This document shows, piece by piece, positions 1 through 10,503 of a DNA stretch of 64,000 bases. How positions within the stretch are numbered: position 1 is the stretch's first letter; each line of letters begins with the position of its first letter. The notes under the pieces are model-generated. The model did no database searches, was not told where the DNA came from, and saw only the letters and a program-made list of their open reading frames with translations. The DNA lies in NCBI GenBank assembly GCA_048213135.1, contig PS015010.1, positions 1,922,001 through 1,986,000 on the forward strand, read 5' to 3'. A program made the translations under genes and the position numbers. The DNA comes from Reclinomonas americana ATCC 50394. Lineage: Eukaryota.

Positions 1-903
1 CTCAATTATCAACCCAATAAATTCGCACTCAGTCTCCAGCAAAAACAAACACACACGATCGGTGTGATTGTTCCCAATCTCGATTACGTATTGTCCACCA
101 TGGTTAAGGGTATCGATGAGGTTGCGCTGGAAGCCGGTTACACCGTAATGGTTTGCCAGAGTAATGAATCGTTCGGCCGGGAGATCGTCAATACAAGACG
201 TTTATCCGATAGCCTGGTGGATGGTTTCATCGTTTCCGTGTCAAGTGAAACCAAAGTATTCGATCACCTGAAAAAGATACAACAGAAGAACATGCCCATG
301 GTTTTGTTCGACAGGCTTACACCCGATTTAGTAGCGCCTGGTGTTGAACTCGACAATACCGACGGTGGCTTCCAGGCGACAGAACACCTGATAGAACAAG
401 GCTACCGCCGCATTGCGATACTGGCCGGGCCAAAAAATCTTGGCATCAGTAATGACAGGATGGAAGGTTACCTGAAAGCACTGAAGAAATACAAGATCCG
501 CATCGATCCCGATCTTATTATTCATTGCGACTTCAACCAGCAATACGCTTACCTGGCTACACAGGAACTGTTGTCCATGAAAAAGAGGCCCGATGCTATT
601 TTCACCATCAGTGACCGTATGGCGATTGGCGCCATGCTGGCGATCAAAGAGAAAGGATTAAAAATGCCCGCCGATATTGGCCTGGTAGGATTCAACAATG
701 AACCTGTTACCAGCCTGGTGAGCCCGTCTATCTCCAGTGTTGACCAGCCTGCCTTCGAACTGGGCAAGATAGCGGCGAAACTGTTCGTGGAAATGATGCA
801 CAATAACGATGACATGAGTCATATCAAGGAAATCCTGAAACCTAAATTATTCATCAGGGAATCTTCACAAAGGATACCCGTTAAAAACGGAAGGACAAAA
901 TAA
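1..903 (+). CDS. LacI-family transcriptional regulator (5' end outside window)
   Basis: Frame is open from base 1 (LNYQPNKFALSLQQKQTHTIGV, the LacI hinge helix). It continues into a periplasmic-binding-protein-like sensor domain (VDGFI, HLIEQGYRRIA, RPDAIF, P-DI-LVGFNN, IRESS). Confidence 0.92.
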   Translation, partial: LNYQPNKFALSLQQKQTHTIGVIVPNLDYVLSTMVKGIDEVALEAGYTVMVCQSNESFGREIVNTRRLSDSLVDGFIVSVSSETKVFDHLKKIQQKNMPMVLFDRLTPDLVAPGVELDNTDGGFQATEHLIEQGYRRIAILAGPKNLGISNDRMEGYLKALKKYKIRIDPDLIIHCDFNQQYAYLATQELLSMKKRPDAIFTISDRMAIGAMLAIKEKGLKMPADIGLVGFNNEPVTSLVSPSISSVDQPAFELGKIAAKLFVEMMHNNDDMSHIKEILKPKLFIRESSQRIPVKNGRTK

Positions 904-909
904 CCACGC

Positions 910-3192
910 ATGAAAAAAATCTTCTTCCTGGCCTGTGGCCTCTTCGTCAGTCTTGCCTGCCTCTGTAATACCATACTGGTAAAAAATATAGAAGAACTGA
1001 AAAAAGCCAACAGCACGGCCGCTCCGGGCGATATTGTTGTATTGCAGAACGGGAACTGGAGCAACGTCCGCATACTGCTTACCGCCAGCGGTACCGCTGA
1101 CCAGCCCATCACTTTTAAAGCACAAACACCGGGTAAGGTATTCATCACCGGCAATTCTTTTCTCAAAATTGGCGGTAATTACCTGGTTGTTGAAGGGCTT
1201 TATTTCCGTGATGGTTTTGCGGGGGACAATCCCGTGATCGATTTTCGTGTCGACAAAAAACAACTCGCCAATAATTGCCGGGTGACTAATACGGTTATCG
1301 AGTCTTTCAATAATCCCAAACGGATGGATGAGAATTACTGGATACAATTCTACGGCAAACGCAACCGGATCGACCATTGCAGCTTCAGCGGCAAACTCAA
1401 CATGGGCGTACTTCTTGCTGTAATTCTCGACGACGAGCGCAGCCGGGAAAATTTCCACTCCATCGATCACAACTATTTTGGTCAACGCCTGCCGCTGGCA
1501 TCCAATTCAGGAGAGATCATGCGTGTAGGCGTGTCGCAGCATTGCGAATTCAATTCCAATACACAGATCACGGATAATTATTTCGAGCACTGCGATGGCG
1601 AGACAGAGATCGTGTCCATCAAATCCTGCAGTAATGTAGTGCGCAACAACCTGTTCAAAGAATGCCAGGGCGGTGTAGTGCTGCGGCACGGCAACTATAA
1701 TACAGTTGAGAACAACATCTTCCTGGGTAATAATAAAGAAGGTACCGGCGGCGTGAGGGTCATCAATAAAGGGCAGTGGGTGGTGAACAACCTGTTTTAT
1801 GAATGCCGCGGTGTTGGGTTCCGTTCACCTTTAAGTATTATGAATGGCGTTCCTAATTCGCCTGCACACCGTTATGTAGCGGTTACTGAAGCCGTGATCG
1901 CCAACAACAGTTTTGTGAATTGTACACCCATCAGTCTTTGCGAAGGCAGCGATACGGAAAGAAGTGTGATCCCTTCGAGAGTGTTCTTCGGTAAAAATAT
2001 TTTCTACAACACCCGCGACAGTAAAATATACAACGCCTATGACGATATCAGCGGTATTGACTTCGCCACCAATATCGTAAGCAGCCGGGTTGGCCAGGAA
2101 CTGAACAGTGGTTTTACCAAAGCAGAACTCAGCCTCTCCAAAGAAGGTATCCCTTCTGCGTCTCCTTATAAAGGCATGGGCAACCATATATATGACTCCG
2201 TAAAACAAGTGGCAGCTACAAGACTTAGCGGCGGCCTCCCATCAATGCCCGGCTTTACAGGAAAAGAACAATTGCTCAGTATAGAGAATAATGCTTACTG
2301 GCAATGTGGCGCCAGCTTTTCTAAAAGCAGGAAAACAAAAGAAACGCCGAAGGTTCAAACAGTTTACTGTGCTGACGGACCTGCTTTACAGAAGGCGGTG
2401 AATACCAGTAACTACCAGGATATTAAAATCATATGGCTCACAGGAACCGAATATGTTCTTACCGAGCCACTCAATATCAGTGGTGATATCCGCATCCGCT
2501 GGAAAGAGAAAAAAGGAGAAACAAGATTAACCATGACAACTCCTGCACCCTATTGCATACAGGTTTCGGGCAGGGCAAGGTTCACGCTGGAAGGCATTCC
2601 TTTCAACCTGTCCGGCAACCAGGCACAGCGTTTTATAACAACAGACACCAGTGGCAGCAGCAGTCACAGCAATATTATCATCAAAAACTGCCGCTTCCTG
2701 AACTTTGAAGGAACTTTTCTTTATGCATCCAAATCAACTGCCTCAGACAGTATTGTTATCCGCAATAACGTGTTCAGCAACAACAAAGGAAAATTGTTCG
2801 ATTTTTATAACGAGAATGACAAGAAAGGTTACTATAATGTGGAGCAGTTAATCATTGAAGCCAACAGGTTTGAAGCACAGCAGGGACAACTGCTTACCAT
2901 GTTGCGGGGCGGCAATGACGAAAGCACGATGGGACCTTTGCTGGCATTCAGGAACAACAAGATAGATAATTGCAACAGCGGCACGGAAAGTCTCATCCTG
3001 CTAAATGGCACACAAAGATCATTCATCGAAAAAAACAATTTCACCCGCTCCAACACGGGTGGAACCTCACTGGAATTTACAGATGCCGTAAGGGCCGTGC
3101 ATACCTATCAGAATAACAGCATTAGCCAGTCAGGGAAAGTGATCCGGAATAAATTTGTTGATGATAAAAACAATGTCTACAGCGATAAATAA
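910..3192 (+). CDS. Polysaccharide lyase family 6 (chondroitinase B/alginate lyase-like), two beta-helix domains, N-terminal signal peptide
   Basis: PGDIVVLQNG, NSGEIMRVG, EIVSIKS (catalytic Lys) and LRHG (Arg) PL6 motifs. A second Asn-rich beta-helix ends in RGGNDESTMGP. Confidence 0.88.
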   Translation: MKKIFFLACGLFVSLACLCNTILVKNIEELKKANSTAAPGDIVVLQNGNWSNVRILLTASGTADQPITFKAQTPGKVFITGNSFLKIGGNYLVVEGLYFRDGFAGDNPVIDFRVDKKQLANNCRVTNTVIESFNNPKRMDENYWIQFYGKRNRIDHCSFSGKLNMGVLLAVILDDERSRENFHSIDHNYFGQRLPLASNSGEIMRVGVSQHCEFNSNTQITDNYFEHCDGETEIVSIKSCSNVVRNNLFKECQGGVVLRHGNYNTVENNIFLGNNKEGTGGVRVINKGQWVVNNLFYECRGVGFRSPLSIMNGVPNSPAHRYVAVTEAVIANNSFVNCTPISLCEGSDTERSVIPSRVFFGKNIFYNTRDSKIYNAYDDISGIDFATNIVSSRVGQELNSGFTKAELSLSKEGIPSASPYKGMGNHIYDSVKQVAATRLSGGLPSMPGFTGKEQLLSIENNAYWQCGASFSKSRKTKETPKVQTVYCADGPALQKAVNTSNYQDIKIIWLTGTEYVLTEPLNISGDIRIRWKEKKGETRLTMTTPAPYCIQVSGRARFTLEGIPFNLSGNQAQRFITTDTSGSSSHSNIIIKNCRFLNFEGTFLYASKSTASDSIVIRNNVFSNNKGKLFDFYNENDKKGYYNVEQLIIEANRFEAQQGQLLTMLRGGNDESTMGPLLAFRNNKIDNCNSGTESLILLNGTQRSFIEKNNFTRSNTGGTSLEFTDAVRAVHTYQNNSISQSGKVIRNKFVDDKNNVYSDK

Positions 3193-3217
3193 TATTAACC
3201 AGTATAAAACAACCATC

Positions 3218-4048
3218 ATGAAGATCATACACCAGGTACACCCCGAAGATTTTGCGAAATACAATACACAGCAGATCAGGGATAAATTTCTTTTGAATAC
3301 TTTATTGTCAGCCGACCAGATTGAATGCGCTTACACCCATTATGACAGAATGATCGTTGGTGCTGCATTTCCTGTTAGCACTACCCTTGCACTGGGTAAT
3401 TACGAGCAACTGAAATCTTCCTATTTCCTGGAGCGCCGCGAGATTGGCATTGTCAATATTGCCGGCAATGGCAGCGTTACCGTTGATGGCGAGCAATTTG
3501 ATATGGGAAAGAAAGATTGTCTCTATATCGGTAAAGGCAAACAGGCGATCAGTTTCAGCAGCAGTGACAGCAATGAGCCTGCCAAATTCATTTTCTTCTC
3601 CTGCCCTGCTCACGCTGAACATCCCACCAGGCTCATGAAACCCGCGGAAGCGCTTCCCGCCGAACTGGGCAGTCTCGATAACAATAATGAAAGGGTGATC
3701 AATAAATACATCCACATGGACGGTATCAAAAGTTGTCAACTCGTAATGGGCATCACGTCATTCAAAAAAGGCAGCATCTGGAATACCATGCCTCCGCACC
3801 TGCATGACCGCAGGATGGAATCTTATTTCTATTTTGACCTGCCAAAAGACCAGCGCATCATCCATTTCATGGGTGAGCCCAACGAGACAAGACATATTTT
3901 CCTCAACAATGAAGAAGCCATTCTTTCCCCCAGCTGGAGCATTCACAGCGGTGTAGCCACTGCCAGCTATTCTTTCATCTGGGCTATGGCCGGTGAGAAT
4001 ATGGCCTTCACTGATATGGACGCTGTACCTTTATCTTCACTTCAATAA
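3218..4048 (+). CDS. kduI: 5-dehydro-4-deoxy-D-glucuronate isomerase
   Basis: YTHYDRMIVG, FLERREIG, WNTMPPHLHDRRME, SPSWSIHSG, WAMAGEN motifs. ATG at 3218 preferred over the extended ORF start. Confidence 0.95.
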   Translation: MKIIHQVHPEDFAKYNTQQIRDKFLLNTLLSADQIECAYTHYDRMIVGAAFPVSTTLALGNYEQLKSSYFLERREIGIVNIAGNGSVTVDGEQFDMGKKDCLYIGKGKQAISFSSSDSNEPAKFIFFSCPAHAEHPTRLMKPAEALPAELGSLDNNNERVINKYIHMDGIKSCQLVMGITSFKKGSIWNTMPPHLHDRRMESYFYFDLPKDQRIIHFMGEPNETRHIFLNNEEAILSPSWSIHSGVATASYSFIWAMAGENMAFTDMDAVPLSSLQ

Positions 4049-4058
4049 ACAACCAGCT

Positions 4059-4820
4059 ATGATCAATTTCAGGGTCGATAATAAAACAGCCGTGGTTACC
4101 GGGAGCAGCCGTGGTATTGGTTTTGCAGCCGCGGTAGCCCTTGCCGAATCGGGCGCCGATATCATTGGCGTAAGCAGTAAACCCGAAGCGCCCGGATCCG
4201 AACTGGAAAAAGCGGTAACCGCTGCAGGGCGTAAATACTACGCTTACCAGTGTGACCTCACCAACAGGGATTCCATTTATGCTTTCGTAAAAAAAGTACA
4301 GGAAGAACATCCCCGTATCGATATCCTCATCAACAATGCAGGTCATATCCTCAGGGCACCTGTAGCGGAACACCCGGATGAATACTGGGATACCATCATC
4401 GATATCAATCTCAATGCCCAGTTCATCCTTACACGCGAACTCGGCAAACGTATGATTGAGCAGGGTTATGGCAAGATCGTATTTACCTGTTCCCTCCTTT
4501 CTTTCCAGGGTGGTATTAATGTACCGGGATATGCAGCCAGCAAGGGCGCTATTTCTTCCCTGCTGAAAGCTTTCGCCAATGAATGGGCGAAGTCCGGCAT
4601 TACCGTTAATGGTGTAGCGCCGGGTTATATCGCCACGGATAATACCCAACAGTTACGGGCAGACGAAAACCGGAACACCGCCATACTCGCCCGGATACCT
4701 GCCAATCGCTGGGGTACTCCGGAAGACCTGGCCGGGGCATTTGTATTCCTTTCCTCACCGGCATCTGACTATATGAACGGAAGTATCATTACTGTTGATG
4801 GCGGATGGATGGGGAGGTAA
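4059..4820 (+). CDS. kduD: 2-dehydro-3-deoxy-D-gluconate 5-dehydrogenase (SDR)
   Basis: TGSSRGIG, NNAG, YAASK, FQGGINVPGY, APGYIATDNT, VDGGW motifs; directly follows kduI. Confidence 0.9.
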   Translation: MINFRVDNKTAVVTGSSRGIGFAAAVALAESGADIIGVSSKPEAPGSELEKAVTAAGRKYYAYQCDLTNRDSIYAFVKKVQEEHPRIDILINNAGHILRAPVAEHPDEYWDTIIDINLNAQFILTRELGKRMIEQGYGKIVFTCSLLSFQGGINVPGYAASKGAISSLLKAFANEWAKSGITVNGVAPGYIATDNTQQLRADENRNTAILARIPANRWGTPEDLAGAFVFLSSPASDYMNGSIITVDGGWMGR

Positions 4821-4896
4821 TTGTTAATTACGAATTACTAATTATGAATTGAAGAAGACTGAACCTTGCAGGTATTTTATAAATACATTACTGGTT

Positions 4897-6150
4897 ATGA
4901 AAAAATACTCAATTGGTGTACGAACTTTTCTGGCTTCCGTAATCATGATAACGTTACTGCCGGTGCTGTTTTCTTTTTACAGCAGTAAAGACAAACCCGT
5001 TGCAAAGGTATTTAAGCTGGCAGAGCAACAATACAGCAGGATGCTGGAGGTGTCCAAAGATTACAGTAAATATCCCCGTGGAGGCGCACCCGACGGCAGT
5101 TTGCGGTATGTATCCATTAAAGACTGGACCGGAGGTTTCTGGCCGGGGTCACTGTGGTATGTATATGAATACAATCACAAAGAGCAATGGAAAGAGGCAG
5201 CAATCAAATGGACGGAATCGCTGGAAGCCAATCAATACAATACCGATCATCACGACATCGGGTTCATGATGAACTGCAGCTATGGCAATGCTTACCGGAT
5301 CACCGGGAATGAAAAATACAAGGCCATCCTGGTACAATCCGCCCGGTCACTCTGCAAAAGATTTTCCCCGGTTACAGGCGCTATTCAATCCTGGGGAGAG
5401 AAAAAATCACCCGGCGGAAAAAACACCTGGCAATTCCCTGTGATCATCGACAATATGATGAACCTGGAACTGCTGTTCCTGGCGACGCAATTCAGTGGCG
5501 ACAGTTCTTTCTACCGCATCGCCGTACAACACGCGGAAACGACCATGAAGAACCAACTGCGGCCGGACTATAGCTGTTACCATGTAGTAAATTACGACAA
5601 GGGAACAGGTAAGGTACTGCATCAACAGACCGCACAAGGCTATGCGGACAACAGTACCTGGTCACGCGGACAGGCCTGGGGCGTATACGGGTTTACGCTA
5701 TGTTACCGGGCTACACATGACAAACGCTACCTGGAAACCGCACAGCATATGGCTGACTTTTTCCTCGATCATCCCAATCTGCCTGCTGATAAAATACCCT
5801 ACTGGGATTTCAATGCCAACCAGCCCGGCTATCAGCCCGACTGGAATTACGATGCAGCAAAATTCACACCGCCGCCCAGGGATGCCGCTGCCGCATCCAT
5901 CATCTGCTCCGCCTTGTTTGAATTAAGCGGCTACAGTGAAAAGCGGCTGGCAAAAAAATACCGGAAAGCTGCTTTCGCCATGCTCCATTCCCTGAGCAGC
6001 GATGCTTACCTGGCATCGCCGGGCACCAATAGTAATTTTCTCCTGAAACATGGTGTAGGTAATATTCCCGGCGGAACGGAGATCGATGTCCCGCTGGTTT
6101 ATGCCGATTATTATTTCCTGGAAGCGTTACTGCGTTCACAAAAGAAATAA
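4897..6150 (+). CDS. Glycoside hydrolase family 88 unsaturated glucuronyl hydrolase, secreted
   Basis: WTGGFWPG, HDIGF, IIDNMMNLE, WSRGQAW, YWDF, YADYYFLEAL motifs; N-terminal hydrophobic signal. Confidence 0.92.
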   Translation: MKKYSIGVRTFLASVIMITLLPVLFSFYSSKDKPVAKVFKLAEQQYSRMLEVSKDYSKYPRGGAPDGSLRYVSIKDWTGGFWPGSLWYVYEYNHKEQWKEAAIKWTESLEANQYNTDHHDIGFMMNCSYGNAYRITGNEKYKAILVQSARSLCKRFSPVTGAIQSWGEKKSPGGKNTWQFPVIIDNMMNLELLFLATQFSGDSSFYRIAVQHAETTMKNQLRPDYSCYHVVNYDKGTGKVLHQQTAQGYADNSTWSRGQAWGVYGFTLCYRATHDKRYLETAQHMADFFLDHPNLPADKIPYWDFNANQPGYQPDWNYDAAKFTPPPRDAAAASIICSALFELSGYSEKRLAKKYRKAAFAMLHSLSSDAYLASPGTNSNFLLKHGVGNIPGGTEIDVPLVYADYYFLEALLRSQKK

Positions 6151-6157
6151 TTCCTCA

Positions 6158-8368
6158 TTACGACGAAGCTTGCCCGGCGGTGTTGATCCTGTCCAGCATT
6201 TTACTTTCTTCCTTAAGAATGGCATGGATAAGGTTGAACTGGTCTGTAATACTTTTCAGTTCGGATAATTGCTTGCTGATATCTGTCTCCGCGATGCCTG
6301 TCTTCACCTGCTCTTTTCTTTGCTCCAGCAATCCCTGCAACCGTTTACTGAAAGGGAAGCCGGATATCTCTTCCAGGGGAGCTGCACCTGCCGCCAGTTC
6401 CAGCAACTGGTCAAACTGCCGGTTGATGAGTTGTACAGACGGGATCAGTTCTTTCACTTCCATTACTGTTGTGAACTGCCCGGCGTAATAACCGATGGAC
6501 GCCACATACGACGTAAGCGTGTGGTTGGCCACAGTAAACTGGTGATAATCCTGTATGGCGTGTTGCCGGCTTTTGGGGTCATTCATCATCCGTTGCAACG
6601 CTTCGGATAAATTAGCCAGCGCTACAAATGCCCCTTTTCTCGCTACTTTATACTGGAGTTCGGTAGGCGGCGTTCCTGTAAAATATCCCGCCGCACTGTT
6701 AAAGTATTCCTTGTTGGCTTTAATAGCAGCAATGGCGAGATCTTTTATAGAAGCCGATTCCCAGCTTGGCAAAATAAAATAAGAACACACCAGGGCTATA
6801 CCGCCACCTATCAGGGTATCGATCACCCTGTCCTGGAAAAGCCCGGCCAGTGTGCCTTGCAGGAAATAAAAACTCAGCAGAACATATATCGTGATGAAAG
6901 CGCTGCTTACTAAATACTGGATACGGAGGAAACTGTAGGCAACCGCCATGGATACCAGCATCAATACAAAAATGGCAGTATGATTTTGGGTCAGGTGAAG
7001 AAGACTGAAACCGGCAATACCACCGGCAATCGTACCGAAAACTCTTTCCACATTGCGTTTCCGGCTGGTGCCAAACGCCGGCTTCATAATGGAGGCGATA
7101 CTGAGCAATATCCAGTAACCATGCCCCAGGGGATAATACAATGAAACGATATACCCGATGATAAGCGCTGCCGTCACCCTGATCGCATGCCGGAAATGAA
7201 CGGAACGAAGCGTCAGGTTAGACAGGAAGAGCCGGAAATTAAATTGCTGGTGTGTAATAAAATGGCGGGTACTCACTTTATTGGAACGATCCACTTTTTG
7301 TTTGCGGTTGAGGTAAACGCCTATCCTGTCGACACGTTGCGACAAGCGCTGCAAATTGAACAACACATGCCGCAGCGTAATAAAGGCTTCGATATTCGAC
7401 GCGTTGAGTTTTTCTTTTCTCAGTTCAAAGAACAACTCTTTTGATTTTTTTATTTCCGCTGAATAATGCTCTGCCGGCGGCACATAGAGGCCAGCTTGTA
7501 TATTGATACCTGCCAGTTCCAGCGCATGCGCCAGGTTCTTGATGGTGAAATGGTACTGGTCCAGTATCGCGGTATCATCAAAGTCTTTGTGTAAACGGGA
7601 ATAATCCTGCTGCGTGGTCATTACCTGTTCAAAAATATCGATACTGTCCAGGAAGATCATCATCAGCCTCCGGCTCCTGTCGGTCGACTCTTTTACAAAT
7701 GCCCGGGTCTTGAACATCAGCTCCCTTATCTCTTCCTGTAACTTGTGTATGGCAATCTGTTGCTGGAGTAATCTTTTGTATACCTCATCCTCTTTAGCAT
7801 ACTTGGTATACAATTCCCCCTTGGTTTGCAGGTAACCGCTGATCATGGTCAGCGATTCGCCTATCATCTGTTCTACTGTTTTATAAGGACGGAGTTGATA
7901 GGAAGTAAGACTGAACAATGCATACCAGCTTCCGCCAATACAATAGTACAGTGCCTGCTGCCAGGGGTTCTGCGCTATATGGGCGCCACCCAGTATAAAG
8001 GCGATAAGCGCCATCAGGCCGATATTGTTGGCCCTGTTACCAAATACACCGCCCATCGACAGGATGATTCCCAGGAATAATAATTCAACCCCGGCCACTA
8101 ACGGGTGAGGATAACTGAACCCGGCCAGCAAGATCATCATACTGTTGAGCAAAATAGCCGCGATCAATCCATTGGTGCGGTGAAGGGGAGGCCCGGGGCT
8201 GTCGGAAAGACTCACGAACATAGCCCCCAGCGGTATACCAATGGCGGTACTGAGCATATCGTACCGGTACAGGATAATACCCGGCACAAGCACTGCTACG
8301 GTAACATTGATACCGGTAGACAGGTGCTGGCCTGTGATGAACTTGGTAAAGGAACGCTGGTAATTCAT
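6158..8368 (-). CDS. FUSC/YccS-family membrane transporter
   Basis: Two TM bundles; FRHAIRV, HGYWILL, MKPAF, ERVFGT and DRVIDTLIG motifs. Confidence 0.88.
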   Translation of the reverse strand: MNYQRSFTKFITGQHLSTGINVTVAVLVPGIILYRYDMLSTAIGIPLGAMFVSLSDSPGPPLHRTNGLIAAILLNSMMILLAGFSYPHPLVAGVELLFLGIILSMGGVFGNRANNIGLMALIAFILGGAHIAQNPWQQALYYCIGGSWYALFSLTSYQLRPYKTVEQMIGESLTMISGYLQTKGELYTKYAKEDEVYKRLLQQQIAIHKLQEEIRELMFKTRAFVKESTDRSRRLMMIFLDSIDIFEQVMTTQQDYSRLHKDFDDTAILDQYHFTIKNLAHALELAGINIQAGLYVPPAEHYSAEIKKSKELFFELRKEKLNASNIEAFITLRHVLFNLQRLSQRVDRIGVYLNRKQKVDRSNKVSTRHFITHQQFNFRLFLSNLTLRSVHFRHAIRVTAALIIGYIVSLYYPLGHGYWILLSIASIMKPAFGTSRKRNVERVFGTIAGGIAGFSLLHLTQNHTAIFVLMLVSMAVAYSFLRIQYLVSSAFITIYVLLSFYFLQGTLAGLFQDRVIDTLIGGGIALVCSYFILPSWESASIKDLAIAAIKANKEYFNSAAGYFTGTPPTELQYKVARKGAFVALANLSEALQRMMNDPKSRQHAIQDYHQFTVANHTLTSYVASIGYYAGQFTTVMEVKELIPSVQLINRQFDQLLELAAGAAPLEEISGFPFSKRLQGLLEQRKEQVKTGIAETDISKQLSELKSITDQFNLIHAILKEESKMLDRINTAGQASS

Positions 8369-8383
8369 CCGTCAGAATATATG

Positions 8384-8391
8384 CAAAGATA
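8384..8391 (-). promoter_or_regulatory. Candidate Bacteroidota sigma-ABfr -7 element (TATCTTTG) for the FUSC gene
   Basis: Exact TAnnTTTG match 15 bp upstream of the ATG; no clear -33 TTTG. Confidence 0.5.
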
Positions 8392-8413
8392 ACACCTATC
8401 TGTTACGGGTTGT

Positions 8414-9007
8414 TTAACCATTATGTCTTGCCTTTAGTACCGCCTCTACATCATCCAGCCGGCATCCTTTCGCCCGGAGCAGCACCAGGTAATGAAACAG
8501 CAGGTCTGCCGCTTCATTGAGGAACCGTTCCCGGTTGTCATCCTTGGCCTCAATCACCAATTCTACGGCTTCTTCACCTACTTTTTGCGCAACCGCGTTT
8601 ATCCCTTTCCGGAACAGGCTGCTGGTATAGGAATTATCCCTGTCATTATTCTTCCGGTCTTCAATCGTCGATTCCAGGGTATGCAGAAAATCTAAGCCGT
8701 TGGTCTGCCCGAAACAGGTGTCAGCCCCGGTATGACAAACAGGGCCGGCAGGTTCCGCCAGTACCAGCAGGGCATCAGCATCACAATCAGGAAATATGCT
8801 GACAAGCCGGAGATAATTCCCGCTGGTTTCTCCTTTCATCCAGGGCGACTGACGGCTGCGGCTGAAGAAGCAAACGCGTTCTTCTTTTATAGTCCGTTCA
8901 TACGCCTGTTCGTTCATATACCCGAGCATCAGCACACGGCGGGTTTTTGCATCCTGCACAATAACCGGCACCAGGCCGTCGGTGTATTTATTGAATTGAA
9001 TAGTCAT
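8414..9007 (-). CDS. hisIE: Bifunctional phosphoribosyl-AMP cyclohydrolase / phosphoribosyl-ATP pyrophosphatase
   Basis: FFSRSR, KGETSG, DCDAD, CHTG, QKVGEEAVE, EAADLLFH motifs. Confidence 0.96.
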   Translation of the reverse strand: MTIQFNKYTDGLVPVIVQDAKTRRVLMLGYMNEQAYERTIKEERVCFFSRSRQSPWMKGETSGNYLRLVSIFPDCDADALLVLAEPAGPVCHTGADTCFGQTNGLDFLHTLESTIEDRKNNDRDNSYTSSLFRKGINAVAQKVGEEAVELVIEAKDDNRERFLNEAADLLFHYLVLLRAKGCRLDDVEAVLKARHNG

Positions 9008-9780
9008 TATTGTTGTTTTGATGTGCGCACTATTATTCCTTTACCAGACAAATATTGTTTCAACAGGGGTATAGCAACTGAGCGATCGTGGAATATTCCC
9101 GCAGCCAGCGCCGCTCCCGCTGATGTACTTTCAAACAGCGAGTAAAAGTGTTTTTCCTCTCCCGCTCCCCCTGATGCGATTACCGGCACAGGCACACGAG
9201 CGGCAATATCCTTTGTTATATCCAATGCAAAACCAGAACGGGTGCCGTCACTGTCCATCGAGGTCAGTAGTATTTCACCTGCTCCCAGTTGAACAGCTTT
9301 CTCTGCCCATGCGGTTGCAGTAATACCGGTAGCTGTGCGCCCGCCATGCAGGTAAACATACCATTGCCTGTCCTCTTCTTTCTTTACATCAATGGCCACT
9401 ACCACGCACTGGCTCCCGAAGCGGTTGCTGATATCGCTGATGAGCGAAGGCCGCAAAAATGCTGCTGTATTAACAGACACTTTATCAGCACCGTTTCGTA
9501 TCAGCATCGCCACATCGTCTGCACTGGAAATACCACCTCCCACAGTAAACGGTATATCTATGCAGGATGCAATGCGGCTCACCAGGTCAGGCCAGGTTTT
9601 CCTGTTCTCCACGGAAGCAGTAATATCAAGAAACACGAGTTCGTCAACACCCTGTTTCGCATACAGGGTAGCCAGTTCAACCGGGTCCCCCGCGTCTTTC
9701 AACTGTTCAAAACGTACGCCCTTAACAGTTCTTCCGTCTTTTATATCCAGGCAGGCGATTATTCTTTTTGCAAGTGACAT
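9007..9780 (-). CDS. hisF: Imidazole glycerol phosphate synthase cyclase subunit
   Basis: KRIIACLD, DELVFLDITAS, PFTVGGGI, GAGEILLTSMDSDGT, IASGGAG motifs. Confidence 0.97.
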   Translation of the reverse strand: MSLAKRIIACLDIKDGRTVKGVRFEQLKDAGDPVELATLYAKQGVDELVFLDITASVENRKTWPDLVSRIASCIDIPFTVGGGISSADDVAMLIRNGADKVSVNTAAFLRPSLISDISNRFGSQCVVVAIDVKKEEDRQWYVYLHGGRTATGITATAWAEKAVQLGAGEILLTSMDSDGTRSGFALDITKDIAARVPVPVIASGGAGEEKHFYSLFESTSAGAALAAGIFHDRSVAIPLLKQYLSGKGIIVRTSKQQ

Positions 9781-9789
9781 GACTGATCG

Positions 9790-10500
9790 TTAAAAAGTAA
9801 ACGAAAGTTTTCCTTCCAGCAGGGCTTTTCCAACAATGGCGCCGGCACAGCCTGCCTGCCGGAGCGCAACCAGGTCAGCTTCCGTGCTTACACCGCCACT
9901 GGCGAACAGTTGTATCCCCTGGAATTGCTCCAGCACCGACCTGTACAGGGATAAGGAGGGGCCCTGTAACATACCATCCTTTTCAATATCGGTACAGAAA
10001 ATACGGGTAAGTCCCATGCTGATTACAGATCCGATAAAGTCGTAAATATTGATCCCGGAATCAACCTTCCAGCCCTGCAGCCTGACGGTACCCTCCTTTA
10101 CATCGGCACCGATAAAAAAATTATCGCCTCCAAATTCGTCTGCCCATGCTTGTACTGTTGCAGGCTCCCGCACTGCCAGGCTGCCGATGGTTACCATGGA
10201 AGCGCCTGCCTTTAAAATAGTATCAACATCAGTTCTGCTGCATACACCACCACCGTAGTCGATGACTAATGATGTTTGTGATGCTATCTTTTCCAACAAG
10301 TTTACGCAACGCAATTCCCGGTAGCGGGCGCCGTCGAGGTCAACAAGATGAAGTCGTGTAAACCCCGCATTTTCCAGCCGCATAGCGAGTTCTACAGGAT
10401 CAGTCGCATAGATCTTTTCTTTTTCGAAATCGCCCTGCGTTAACCGGACGCACCGGCCACCGGCGATGTCTATTGCGGGTATAATAAACGAGGTATCCAT
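9790..10500 (-). CDS. hisA: ProFAR isomerase
   Basis: IIPAIDI, VRLTQGD, LHLVDLDGA, TDIEKDGMLQG, ASGGV motifs. Confidence 0.96.
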   Translation of the reverse strand: MDTSFIIPAIDIAGGRCVRLTQGDFEKEKIYATDPVELAMRLENAGFTRLHLVDLDGARYRELRCVNLLEKIASQTSLVIDYGGGVCSRTDVDTILKAGASMVTIGSLAVREPATVQAWADEFGGDNFFIGADVKEGTVRLQGWKVDSGINIYDFIGSVISMGLTRIFCTDIEKDGMLQGPSLSLYRSVLEQFQGIQLFASGGVSTEADLVALRQAGCAGAIVGKALLEGKLSFTF

Positions 10501-10503
10501 TAA

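Noticed and set aside
865-1485. Long antisense ORFs (also 4008-4649, 17906-18736, 47870-48523, 55259-55912, 58933-59586)
   Set aside because: They lie opposite well-supported genes and carry no motifs; typical shadow ORFs.
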